Positions 1-9,807 of a DNA stretch of 64,000 nucleotides are shown piece by piece; position 1 is the first letter of the stretch, and each line of letters opens with the position of its first letter. Origin of the DNA: Promethearchaeota archaeon (GTDB taxonomy: Archaea > Asgardarchaeota > Lokiarchaeia > Sigyniarchaeales > SOKP01); NCBI GenBank assembly GCA_048937405.1, contig JBHLNF010000003.1:32001-96000 (forward strand). The letters are read 5' to 3'. The notes below the pieces were generated by a model that saw only the letters and a list, made by a program, of their open reading frames with translations, was not told where the DNA came from and did no database searches. The translations under genes were made by a program, and so were the position numbers.

Positions 1-747
1 TCTTTGCAATTTATTTATAACTTGTCTTAAAGGCCAAATAGATTTTCTTAGATCAATACTAAATCTTTTTAATCGATATATTGATTGCATAATCTCGGGT
101 TCTGGATTTTTAATAACTTTATCCTCTAACTCATCAATAAGTTCTCCAAAAATTTCTAAAATTAAAAAGTAATTATCTATTATAACATCAATCAAAGCAT
201 ATGCTAAATAATCTGCTTTCATAAATCTAATTCTTCCTCTTGCTGTTATAATTCTCTCTATTATAGGTTTAAAAGTATCACTTTCTAATTCTGAGAAACT
301 TATTACAAAATTTTCTCCTAAAATTAAGCTTATTTGTTCGCTTTCAAAAATTTCTTTTGACTCATCCCATAAAAGCTTATTTAATACTATAAAGATATAA
401 TTTCCATAATCTTCGAATTTTGGACGCTGATTAGGATTTAATATATCCTCTAAAACAAGTGGATGAATTTTAAACTGATTTCCGATTTCTTCAATTCTAT
501 CAACTTCAGTTAATCCTGTAATTTCAACCCACCTGATATTATTTTTTTCTATCACTTGTAAATTTTTCTCTAAGGGAAATTCTTCTATAATTGAATAATT
601 TTCGTCATTATAGTCGGTAATTCTTATTTTTGTTGGTATCTTTGGTTTTTCCCCTGTGTATATTAATGTTCCTGGAGGTACACCAATTTTCTTCTTTTTT
701 TTATTATGAGACCTCGCAGTTCTTATCGGTCTAGAAAATCTCTTCAA
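1..747 (-). CDS. corA: Magnesium/cobalt transporter CorA (3' end outside window)
   Basis: Not in the ORF track. The minus-strand frame from TTG at 747 reads MKRFSRPIRTARSHNKKKKKIGVPPGTLIYTGEK..., then HPLVLEDILNPNQRPKFEDY and ADYLAYALIDVIID, which are typical CorA motifs. It runs off the window. Confidence 0.9.
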   Translation of the reverse strand, partial: MKRFSRPIRTARSHNKKKKKIGVPPGTLIYTGEKPKIPTKIRITDYNDENYSIIEEFPLEKNLQVIEKNNIRWVEITGLTEVDRIEEIGNQFKIHPLVLEDILNPNQRPKFEDYGNYIFIVLNKLLWDESKEIFESEQISLILGENFVISFSELESDTFKPIIERIITARGRIRFMKADYLAYALIDVIIDNYFLILEIFGELIDELEDKVIKNPEPEIMQSIYRLKRFSIDLRKSIWPLRQVINKLQR

Positions 748-889
748 TTTCTCTCACTATTCTTTTTTAAGATATATTTTACTAATAATTTACCAAACTA
801 AATTTTAAAATTATGGTCTTCTTATAATTTTTCTATCTTATAATTATAATTTAGGTAAAAATTAAAACAATAGAATAAGTTGTTTTCTT

Positions 890-1813
890 ATGAAAAGAAT
901 TTACAAAATACCTCTTTGGATATCTTTTATTGGGATATTTTTCTTAATTTATCTTTATTTTGGTTTTAGTTTTAAGAACTTAATAATGAATTTAGTTCTT
1001 TTAAATATTGTTGTTTACGTAATAAGATCAATATTAATTGATGTATCTCAGAGTTTAATTAAAAATTTGTTTATTCGATATATATCCATGATAATAATAA
1101 ACATTATATGGTTAGTATTTCCATTTTGGTTGATTCTTGAAATTTCAGAGATTTTTTTTGTGGCAATTATATCTTTTTTAGTAGTTGCAATATCCTTAAC
1201 TTTTCAAAATATTATTAATAACATCGCTTCGGGGATAATGATGTTATCCTCAGAAGGATTTGAGGTTGGTGATTTAATAGAAACAAATGGAACTGTGGGC
1301 ATCGTTAAAGAAATTACTTTAAATAACTTGAAATTAGAGGATTTTGATGGTTCTATTACTTATATCCCGAACAAGATTGCTTTTAACTCATCAGTGGTTC
1401 GTTTCACTCACAAACCTATTAAAAGAGAAAAAAAAATAGATCTTTCGACAGTATTTAAAAAATTCAGTAAATTAATAACTAGCGAAAAAAAAATCACGCG
1501 TTATATTAAAGTAATAGAACTTTTGCCATCAGTAGATACAGAAAACCTAGAAGAATTATTAAAGCCTATATTTGATACTTATGAACCTATATTTGGAACA
1601 AGACCTTTTTTCTATGCCAATAATACCGTGAGTGGAATCGTAAACCGATTAAGTATTACGATACAAATTATAACAGATAATCCAAAGTTAGTCTTAACTT
1701 ATACAGATCCTTTATTGAAGGATATTTTATTTAAAATTTATGAAACAGAAATAAATTATGGTCAAGACTCTATCAATAAAAATTATTCAAGAAATATTCT
1801 GGAGGATGATTAA
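890..1813 (+). CDS. MscS-family mechanosensitive channel
   Basis: N-terminal TM helices followed by FQNIINNIASGIMMLSSEGFEVGDLIE...GIVKEITL...DGSITYIPNK (MscS TM3/beta-domain signature). Confidence 0.85.
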   Translation: MKRIYKIPLWISFIGIFFLIYLYFGFSFKNLIMNLVLLNIVVYVIRSILIDVSQSLIKNLFIRYISMIIINIIWLVFPFWLILEISEIFFVAIISFLVVAISLTFQNIINNIASGIMMLSSEGFEVGDLIETNGTVGIVKEITLNNLKLEDFDGSITYIPNKIAFNSSVVRFTHKPIKREKKIDLSTVFKKFSKLITSEKKITRYIKVIELLPSVDTENLEELLKPIFDTYEPIFGTRPFFYANNTVSGIVNRLSITIQIITDNPKLVLTYTDPLLKDILFKIYETEINYGQDSINKNYSRNILEDD

Positions 1814-1815
1814 TA

Positions 1816-2718
1816 ATGGTACTATTTAGAACTGATTTTGAAGCGTTAATCTATCTTATAATCATTGGGATTAGTTTATATCTATTAAATAAAATTATTT
1901 CCTCAACTATAGGGAAGATTAATAAAATATCAATAAAACAAAAAACTATTATAGGTTTTTCCTTAAAAATTGCTACGGTTCTTATTTTTGCATATTTTAT
2001 TATTGAGGGTTTTCCTATAATTTCTCAAATAGACCCAACTTATACAGCAGTAATTACTGGAGCAATTAGCACTGCGATTGCCTTTGCATCTAGCGGTATA
2101 TTCGCAAATTTTATTTCAGGTATCGTTCTAATGTTAATAAGACCCTTTGAAGTTGATGATTTAGTAAAAATTGAAGGAGATAAAGGAATTGTACGAGAAA
2201 TTAGTTTAACAAAGACGATGTTAGAAACTTTTGATAATATTATAATTGAAAAATCTAACAATCAAGTTCTTTCATCTAAAATTGTTAATTACACAATTAG
2301 GCTCGGAAAAAAAAAGTCTTTTAATCATTTTAAAAACAAGATTTTAGCACCTCAAGATATTGGATTTAAAGAAATGTATGATATTAGTCCAGATTCTAAA
2401 AAAGAGTTTGAAAATAGTTTATTAAAAGCACATAATTCCTTTACTACAAAATATTATCCCAAGTTATATAATTTCACATTTAGGATGGCTTTTCCCTATA
2501 AAGGATTTCGTATAATTATGAATAAAGTTACAGAACTTTGTGATATATATAATGAGAAAGATATCTTTAGGATTAAGCCTCAGTTCGATGTAGTAAATTT
2601 AAATATAAGTATAATAGTTAAATTTCGATTATTAACATTCAATCCTCAAAAAATTTTTGATTTTCAACCAAAATTTGCTCAGGAAGTTTATGATATAATA
2701 TATAAGTATAAAACATAA
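1816..2718 (+). CDS. MscS-family mechanosensitive channel (second, tandem)
   Basis: FANFISGIVLMLIRPFEVDDLVKIEGDKGIVREISL motif; starts 2 nt after the previous stop. Confidence 0.85.
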   Translation: MVLFRTDFEALIYLIIIGISLYLLNKIISSTIGKINKISIKQKTIIGFSLKIATVLIFAYFIIEGFPIISQIDPTYTAVITGAISTAIAFASSGIFANFISGIVLMLIRPFEVDDLVKIEGDKGIVREISLTKTMLETFDNIIIEKSNNQVLSSKIVNYTIRLGKKKSFNHFKNKILAPQDIGFKEMYDISPDSKKEFENSLLKAHNSFTTKYYPKLYNFTFRMAFPYKGFRIIMNKVTELCDIYNEKDIFRIKPQFDVVNLNISIIVKFRLLTFNPQKIFDFQPKFAQEVYDIIYKYKT

Positions 2719-2737
2719 TTAAAAAAAAAGAATTAAT

Positions 2738-2940
2738 TTAGTTTTGTTTTTTAAATTTTTCTTTTCCTGTAAATCCAAGTAAAAATCTGGCAAATCCACT
2801 TAGAAAAATAGCTATCAAAAACATTGAAAAAGTTGTTGAATCATTCAGATCTAACAAAAATAGGATTATTAATGTTAAAATAACCACAATAATACCTATA
2901 ATTAAATTGAGAATTCGAAACTAATTTTTTTAGTAACCAT
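2738..2940 (-). pseudogene. Remnant of a small 2-TM (HdeD/DUF308-like) membrane protein
   Basis: The frame reads *FRILNLIIGIIVVILTLIILFLLDLNDSTTFSMFLIAIFLSGFARFLLGFTGKEKFKKQN*. The ATG at 2940 is out of frame and a TAG precedes FRIL. Confidence 0.35.
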
Positions 2941-2971
2941 ATTAAATTAAATTATATAAAAGTAAATTTGT

Positions 2972-3607
2972 TTAAAAATCTATTATGACCCCGTAATTTT
3001 TAAGATCTTCTATTAATTTTTCTGTATAATAATAATGGATTCCTTTAAATCCTAACGATCGAGCAATTTTTATATTTTTCTTCTCATCATCTATTAATAA
3101 CGCTTCTGATGGGGTACATTTGATATGTTTAATTAATTCTTCATAGAATTCAATGTCATTTTTATTTTTATGATAATCAAAACTAAATACAGTATCATCA
3201 AAATATTTTAAAAAATCGCATTTTTTATTTAGGTATTCAACGCGTTCTCTGATATTTCCACTGAATATTAACAATCTATATTTCATTTTTAACCTTTTTA
3301 TTAAATCTTCAATACCATAATGAATACAATAAGATCCAAACCATATATATCGAGTATGCTTTCTTTCTTTTTTGTTAATTTCTAATTTTGAAAATAATTT
3401 TTCTTCAAACTCATCAATAGTCATAAATCCCCTCCTTAATAAATTACCTTCTGAATTTGGTTCATCACTAAAAAAGTCTCGAAGTAATTTTTCATTTTTA
3501 ATATCATAAATTTCTCTAATTTTCTCAATAGCCAAAAATGATCCTGGTGTAAAATAGACACCTCCTAAATCAAAAATTATCGTCTTAATCTTTTTCATTA
3601 CTGACAA
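2972..3607 (-). CDS. HAD-superfamily hydrolase (HAD-IA)
   Basis: IIFDLGGV motif I, SGN motif II, K motif III, LIDD...NI..ARSLG motif IV. Confidence 0.85.
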   Translation of the reverse strand: MSVMKKIKTIIFDLGGVYFTPGSFLAIEKIREIYDIKNEKLLRDFFSDEPNSEGNLLRRGFMTIDEFEEKLFSKLEINKKERKHTRYIWFGSYCIHYGIEDLIKRLKMKYRLLIFSGNIRERVEYLNKKCDFLKYFDDTVFSFDYHKNKNDIEFYEELIKHIKCTPSEALLIDDEKKNIKIARSLGFKGIHYYYTEKLIEDLKNYGVIIDF

Positions 3608-3751
3608 ATTTCATACCTTTTTATTTAAAACTCAAAGAATTAATAAGATAAAGTTAATGCTTATTACTTTAAAAACAAGATTATTTCATAATTACCTAGG
3701 TTATGTTTATGACATGAATTATGAATATAAAAATGTAAAAATTAAATTGAT

Positions 3752-4399
3752 TTAAACATTTTTTCTACTTCTCTGAATACTCCTATAATATTTCTTTTTC
3801 CGTTGTTCCAACGGTTTCACATAACCTAATAAATCATCAAATACTATTTTTTGCTGTAATTGTGGACGAAAAATAAACTTATGATATTTTTTTTTCCAAT
3901 AGAAGCGCAAACTATTAAGATATATTAATATTTCTTTTATCTGTTGAGTTTTAATTTCTGTATACGAGGTTATTATATTTTCCTCGGTATTAGACTCAAT
4001 ATTTCTTCTTAATAAAGTACCATCAATTTTTAAAATATAGATAGTTCCATTTAAATAAGATTTATTTTCTTTATTGTGAGTTAATCCAAGGTAATGAGCG
4101 TAGAATTTAAAATTTTGACTAATTTTAGTGTTTAAATAATTCTTTTGAATAATATCTCGATTCTTATCTTTGATTAAGGCTTTTAATTCTTGCTCTTCCA
4201 TTTTTTCTTTATTTAATTGGAGAATTTCATAATATTTCACTTGTAAGTTGGTAAATATTAACATTTCTATGTTATTATAAAAATCCTGAATTTCATGAGC
4301 TAAAATCCTATCATCTTTGATATGATCCCAAATTATAAAGAAAAGTACTGCAATTGATACACCTAAACTTACATATACAAGAATATCTTCTGGTGCCAT
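3752..4399 (-). CDS. Hypothetical protein with a single N-terminal TM helix
   Basis: 215-aa ORF; hydrophobic ILVYVSLGVSIAVLFFIIW; basic C-terminus. Confidence 0.6.
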   Translation of the reverse strand: MAPEDILVYVSLGVSIAVLFFIIWDHIKDDRILAHEIQDFYNNIEMLIFTNLQVKYYEILQLNKEKMEEQELKALIKDKNRDIIQKNYLNTKISQNFKFYAHYLGLTHNKENKSYLNGTIYILKIDGTLLRRNIESNTEENIITSYTEIKTQQIKEILIYLNSLRFYWKKKYHKFIFRPQLQQKIVFDDLLGYVKPLEQRKKKYYRSIQRSRKNV

Positions 4400-4781
4400 T
4401 ATAGTGATAAAAAATTTTATTAATTTAAATGATTATTTAGTTTAAAATGGTCAAATTATATTGATTATTTCTCAGTTTAATAATTTTATCTATATAAAGT
4501 TTATATTTAAGTTTGAAGTTTGATGAATTCCCTCTGATGCTCATAAAACACTTTTAATGAACTTTATAGGTAAATAATAGATTGATTGTAATTTTCTGTT
4601 GGATGAGGCAGAAAGCAATTAAAAGATAAAGATATAATATTAAGCTTTTTTTCACTTTTTTTGATTATTTTTTTTTTTTATTTATTTACTACTCAAAACA
4701 AGAAGAGAGAAAATTTTTAAGAAGAATTACATTTTAAAATACAAATTACTATTAAAAATAATCAAAAAATGTTGATATAAT

Positions 4782-5666
4782 ATGGCAAAAGCAGAAGAAT
4801 ATAAGATGTTTCAAGGATGCGTTATTGGTAATAGAATTCCATTTATTGAAGCTTCTGCAAGAAAGGTGTTTGATAAACTTGGAATAAAAACTTCTGATGC
4901 CGCATTTGCTTGTTGTCCAGATCCCGTTGGATTTAATAGTACTGATCATTTAAGTTGGATGGCATTGAGCGCAAATAATCTTACTATCGCCGAAGCAGAA
5001 GGAAAAGATATAATTTCTTTATGTAATGGATGTTTTCAAACTCTAAAACTTGTTAATGAAGAACTAAAGCACAGTGATCATGAAAAAGAAACTATTAATA
5101 AAATTCTTAAGACAGTTGGCAAAGAATTCAAAGGAACAATTAATGTGAAGCATTTTGTAGAGGTTTTACATGACTATTTAGATAAAATAAAAGAGAACTT
5201 AAAGAAAGAATTAAGTGATTTGAAAGTTGCCTGTCATACTGGATGTCATTATAATAGACCCTCAGAAAAAATGCAAACTGATGATCCTATGAAACCTTTG
5301 AAATTAAGAGAAATTGTTGCGGCAACTGGAGCTACCCCTGTTGATTATGAGGAAGAAATGCTATGTTGCGGTTCTGGAGTTGGAAATACCGAAGAAGAAT
5401 CAGCGATGCAAATATTAGCAAATAAATTGACAAGTGCTATAAATGCTGGCGCAGAAGCTATGATCGTTAATTGTCCTGCATGTTTCCAACAATTTGATAA
5501 TAATCAGAAAAAAGCAGGAGAGATTGGGGGTCAAACATTTTCGATTCCTGTTTTATACGTAACTGAATTATTAGCTTTGGCATTTGGAGAAAAGCCAGAT
5601 GATTTAGGCTTAAAATTCCATCGAACTAGAGTAACTTCATTTTTAGAACAAAAAGGTTTAAAATAA
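4782..5666 (+). CDS. hdrB: CoB-CoM heterodisulfide reductase subunit B (CCG domains)
   Basis: FQGC, ACCP, CNGC, HTGCH, LCCG and NCPACFQQFD motifs of HdrB. Confidence 0.9.
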   Translation: MAKAEEYKMFQGCVIGNRIPFIEASARKVFDKLGIKTSDAAFACCPDPVGFNSTDHLSWMALSANNLTIAEAEGKDIISLCNGCFQTLKLVNEELKHSDHEKETINKILKTVGKEFKGTINVKHFVEVLHDYLDKIKENLKKELSDLKVACHTGCHYNRPSEKMQTDDPMKPLKLREIVAATGATPVDYEEEMLCCGSGVGNTEEESAMQILANKLTSAINAGAEAMIVNCPACFQQFDNNQKKAGEIGGQTFSIPVLYVTELLALAFGEKPDDLGLKFHRTRVTSFLEQKGLK

Positions 5667-5733
5667 ACCTAAAAAACTATTATTATTAAATTTATTTACT
5701 TCTACTTTTTAACCATTTGATATTTTAGAGTAA

Positions 5734-6897
5734 TTAATTCAGAAGTAATTCAATTTCGGATAAAAGGTTTTCAGGCATTTTTTTTAAAAATCCTTGAGAA
5801 GATTTAGAATTTCCTCCTCCTTTTCCTCCAAATTTTTGTATTAATTTTTGCATTAATTTACGGGAATCTATTATTTCAGTCGGAGAGAGTAATCTTATTT
5901 TATTACCTTCAAAAATAACAATAATAAGTGATTTTGGAGGAAAATTATCTAAAGATTTATTTAAAATCTTCATATTCACATCAAAATCAATATAAAACAA
6001 TGAAATATCATTAATTGTTCTAATAGGTGTTTTAAAAATCGAATTTAATAATTTAATGGATAAATTTTTATGTTCTTCCTGTAAATTTTCAAAATTCTTT
6101 AAACGCTTTTTAATTAATTCTTTAAATTTATTTAAAGGAGAATTGATTTCATTTGCTAATTCAATTAAATCTAAATCTATTTTAGAACATATTTCTAAAG
6201 CTTTATTTCCTACGACATATCTAATCTCAGTTCCTTTTTTAAAATCATAAATAAAGATTGTACCTATTTCAGTAGTATTTTTAACATGAGTTCCTCCACA
6301 ACATACCAAATCTAAACCCTCAATCTCCATCAATCTTACTTGAGATTCATTAGGGATTGCACTTCTAATTTTTTTGGATGATTTTTCAGCTTCTTTATGT
6401 GAAATTATTTTTGTATTTACTTTTAGACAATTATTAGTACAAATTTTATTAACTTCAGTTAAAATCTCATTTAATTGCCCATAATCTATTTCTTGAGAGA
6501 TTTGAAGGAAAACATCTTCAAAATTAATTATAGCACGATTTGTATCAATATTATATTTATTTTTAATAACTGCTGAAAAGATATGCTGAGAGGAATGAGC
6601 TTTCATTATACCATATCTATTATCCCAATCAATCTCTCCTTCAACAATATCTCCAACATTTATTTTATTTTTAAATTCAGAAGAAATATGGTGTATAATA
6701 TAGTCTACATCTTTTGTAACTTTCACTACATTAAATTCTTCATCTCTAATTTTTAAATTTCCTACATCACTAGATTGATTTCCACTTTCGGGATAAAATA
6801 ACGTTTTATTTAGCACAATACCTCCTTGATTGATCAATTTTACTTTTGCTGTAAACTTAGTTTCATAAGCATTATCCCAATATAATTTTTCTGTCAT
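5734..6897 (-). CDS. Alanyl-tRNA editing protein AlaX-L type (editing + DHHA1 domains)
   Basis: LYW..AY, TLFYPESGNQ.SD.G, HSSQH and CCGGTH zinc motifs, C-terminal GGKGGG (DHHA1). Confidence 0.85.
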   Translation of the reverse strand: MTEKLYWDNAYETKFTAKVKLINQGGIVLNKTLFYPESGNQSSDVGNLKIRDEEFNVVKVTKDVDYIIHHISSEFKNKINVGDIVEGEIDWDNRYGIMKAHSSQHIFSAVIKNKYNIDTNRAIINFEDVFLQISQEIDYGQLNEILTEVNKICTNNCLKVNTKIISHKEAEKSSKKIRSAIPNESQVRLMEIEGLDLVCCGGTHVKNTTEIGTIFIYDFKKGTEIRYVVGNKALEICSKIDLDLIELANEINSPLNKFKELIKKRLKNFENLQEEHKNLSIKLLNSIFKTPIRTINDISLFYIDFDVNMKILNKSLDNFPPKSLIIVIFEGNKIRLLSPTEIIDSRKLMQKLIQKFGGKGGGNSKSSQGFLKKMPENLLSEIELLLN

Positions 6898-6939
6898 ATT
6901 TTGACCTATGTTTGTTCATTTTTCTTATTTTATAATATA

Positions 6940-8253
6940 TTAAATAATTTCCCCATACAAATTGAATCCGACTATTTTATAAATTTTTACATTTACAAAT
7001 TCCCCATATTTTCCTCCATAATCATCAATAAAGACATTCTTATAGGCATAATTCCTGCCAAAACTTTGATCTGGTTCTGTTCCTTTATGCAAAACTAATA
7101 CTTTTCCACTCCAATTTCGCCACTTTTTATTCATACCAATCAAGCTATTACGATATACTTTCGATAATCTTATTGATCTTTCCTTTATTAACCTGCTATC
7201 TAATTGTTCCATATTTTTTGCTTTAGTTCCAGGTCTAGCAGTAAATTTTGATATATTTAAAATTTCAGGTTTTAACCATTTTATAAAATTGATTGTTCTA
7301 TTAAAATCATACTCAGTTTCACCAGGAAATCCACAGATTATATCAGTAGATATTGTCAAATTTTTAAATTCTTTTCTTATAGTGTCAATATTATCAATAA
7401 TATTGGAGATTAAATATTTCCTTTTCATTCGCTTGAGGATTTCATTACTTCCAGATTGAATAGGAATGTGTAGGAACTGATAAACTTTTTCCTGCCTGAA
7501 GATCGATATTAATTGTGCTACATCATTAATTAGAAAACTTGGATTGATCATTCCTATTCTTAAGAAGAATTTATAATCCAAATTAGTAATTTTAATTACT
7601 AAATGTTCTAATGTTGACCCATTATATTGATAAATACTACAATCTTGTGATGTAAGATAAATTTGTTTTATTCCTTGGTTTAGTTGATATTTAGCATTTT
7701 CAACAATCTTTTCAGGATCATAACAATTTAATTTACCTCTGGCATTTTTTACGCAACAGTATGTACAAGAACCTAAACATCCTTCTGAAATCGGAATTAT
7801 TCCAGTTATTTTTCCAGGAGAATGATTTATTTTATATTTGGCTTTATCAATTAGTCCATTTAATTTAGTTATTAGATTCTTCTTTCCATTCTTTATCTCT
7901 TGGAATATTACGGGAAGATTAATGATATTATTTAGATCAACTATAGCAGAAAATGATGGAATAATATTTTTTACTACCTCTATGTAGTTTGAAGCTATGT
8001 AAGGTAAACATCCTGCAATTATAATATGTTTATCATGATCTTTATGATAAGTTCTATGCAAGTCCGCTAAACGTGCTTTTATTTTATTTTCTGTCTGTTC
8101 TTTAACTGCACATGTATTAATAATTAAAAATTGAGCTCTTTCAAATGAAGTTTCTGTGTAATTCGATTTTCGTAAAACATTTGAAATTATATATGAATCT
8201 GCTTTATTAGATGTACATCCATATGTTTCAATATAGAATGAATTTTCTTGCAC
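6940..8253 (-). CDS. tRNA t6A37 methylthiotransferase (archaeal MtaB/CDKAL1-type radical SAM)
   Basis: UPF0004 ETYGC..N..DS, INTCAVK and AGC; radical SAM CLGSCTYC; HIPIQSGS; TDIICGFPGET; C-terminal TRAM domain. Confidence 0.9.
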   Translation of the reverse strand: MQENSFYIETYGCTSNKADSYIISNVLRKSNYTETSFERAQFLIINTCAVKEQTENKIKARLADLHRTYHKDHDKHIIIAGCLPYIASNYIEVVKNIIPSFSAIVDLNNIINLPVIFQEIKNGKKNLITKLNGLIDKAKYKINHSPGKITGIIPISEGCLGSCTYCCVKNARGKLNCYDPEKIVENAKYQLNQGIKQIYLTSQDCSIYQYNGSTLEHLVIKITNLDYKFFLRIGMINPSFLINDVAQLISIFRQEKVYQFLHIPIQSGSNEILKRMKRKYLISNIIDNIDTIRKEFKNLTISTDIICGFPGETEYDFNRTINFIKWLKPEILNISKFTARPGTKAKNMEQLDSRLIKERSIRLSKVYRNSLIGMNKKWRNWSGKVLVLHKGTEPDQSFGRNYAYKNVFIDDYGGKYGEFVNVKIYKIVGFNLYGEII

Positions 8254-8365
8254 ATTAATCCATTTATAAACAATCTAATAATTTATAAAAAGAACTAGCT
8301 TATTAGGTATTAAAAACGTTTTTTAATTAAAATAATCTATCATTAAAGAAATACAAGTTAATTAT

Positions 8366-8833
8366 TTGACGTGTAACATCATGACAAAAAAAGTAAAATA
8401 TGCGTATTGTAAAGTTTGTAAACGTGAAGTAGAAAAATCGAGTAGAAAACCATTAGATACCTCTCAAAAAATAAGATGGGTAATCATAACTATTGCCACA
8501 ATTGGAATCGGATTAATAGCATATGTGATATATTTATCTAATCGTCCCAAATCTTATTGCCCTGAATGTTTCACGAAATTGGAATATTCTGATAAACCAT
8601 TTGAAAAGCCAAAAAAGAAAAAAGAGACAATGTCCCCTAGAGAGAAAATACTTGATAAAGCAGGATTATTAGAAGAAACCGAGGAGGAAGAAGAAACTGT
8701 AGAAGAGAAACCAAAACCAAAGAAAAAAGAAAAAGAGAAAAAAAAAGAGAAAAATTATTGTAGCTATTGTGGCGCAGAATTAGAGGAAGATTATGCTACT
8801 TGCCCTTTCTGTCAAGCAACTCTAAAATCTTAA
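8366..8833 (+). CDS. Zinc-ribbon membrane protein (LITAF-like CxxC-hydrophobic-CxxC plus C-terminal zinc ribbon)
   Basis: CKVC...WVIITIATIGIGLIAYVIY...CPEC, charged linker, then CSYC...CPFC; true start may be the ATG at 8381. Confidence 0.65.
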   Translation: MTCNIMTKKVKYAYCKVCKREVEKSSRKPLDTSQKIRWVIITIATIGIGLIAYVIYLSNRPKSYCPECFTKLEYSDKPFEKPKKKKETMSPREKILDKAGLLEETEEEEETVEEKPKPKKKEKEKKKEKNYCSYCGAELEEDYATCPFCQATLKS

Positions 8834-8981
8834 TTTTCTGATAAAATTTAAAAAAAAAAAATCATATTCTTATCAATTAATTAACTAATAAAAATAAATA
8901 ATAGTAAAACTAATTATTAAAATATAGAATTTTGAAAATCTAATCAAAATTTAATTTAAAATATAAAAAGATGGATTAATT

Positions 8982-9761
8982 ATGCCACGCGCAGGAAGAA
9001 CAGCACCAGCAAGAGAGTTTCATCCCCTTGATGTATACAGTGCATGGGATCTTCGCTATGCTAAAACTATTTATTATGGATTTATACTTGCCACTGTGGT
9101 TGTTGTATTAGGAGTATGGGGAGTAATTCTTGGTTTATTGTTCGCTGGGGGTGCCTGGGAGGCTTTTTTGGAACTTGATCTTGGATTTCAAGTAGGTATT
9201 ATTGCAGGTGCAATCACAGGACATCTATTTTTACTAGTCCTTTTTTATACTCTCTTCCGTGGAGGAATGGTACGACTATGTCAGATATTATTTAAGGATC
9301 GCCTTGTAGCAAGTAAATGGGAGGACTTTTACGGACTTCGAATGCTTATTGGTGTAGCTCTCTTAGGACTTTACGTAACATTAATCAGTATAATCATTGG
9401 ATTGCTCCCAGCTACATTTTCTGATGTTGTAAAAAAAATTTGGGACTGGCAAGTTGAAACATTTGCTAAATATCCAGGATTATGGATTATGTGGGTTGGA
9501 TTACTTATTTTTCTTTTCGTTGCTGTAATTTTTATTGGGATCATGCTTTGGAATAAGGGGGTATTCTGGGTATTGCGCCACGTCAAAGAAATTGAAGAAG
9601 AGATTGAAATTGAAGAGACTATTAAGAAAGAAGCTATTAAGAATTCTGATGAAAGAACTCTCAGGGATATTTATAAAAAAGAAACTGGACAAAAAGCTAT
9701 ACACCGAGGACGAGAAACTCGTGGATATAAGGAGTGGAAGGATAAACTAGGAATAAAATAA
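8982..9761 (+). CDS. Hypothetical 4-TM membrane protein with charged C-terminal tail
   Basis: Four long hydrophobic segments; 259-aa ORF. Confidence 0.7.
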   Translation: MPRAGRTAPAREFHPLDVYSAWDLRYAKTIYYGFILATVVVVLGVWGVILGLLFAGGAWEAFLELDLGFQVGIIAGAITGHLFLLVLFYTLFRGGMVRLCQILFKDRLVASKWEDFYGLRMLIGVALLGLYVTLISIIIGLLPATFSDVVKKIWDWQVETFAKYPGLWIMWVGLLIFLFVAVIFIGIMLWNKGVFWVLRHVKEIEEEIEIEETIKKEAIKNSDERTLRDIYKKETGQKAIHRGRETRGYKEWKDKLGIK

Positions 9762-9807
9762 TCAAACTTTAAAAAATAAAAAAGTAATTTATAATTTTTT
9801 TTATATC

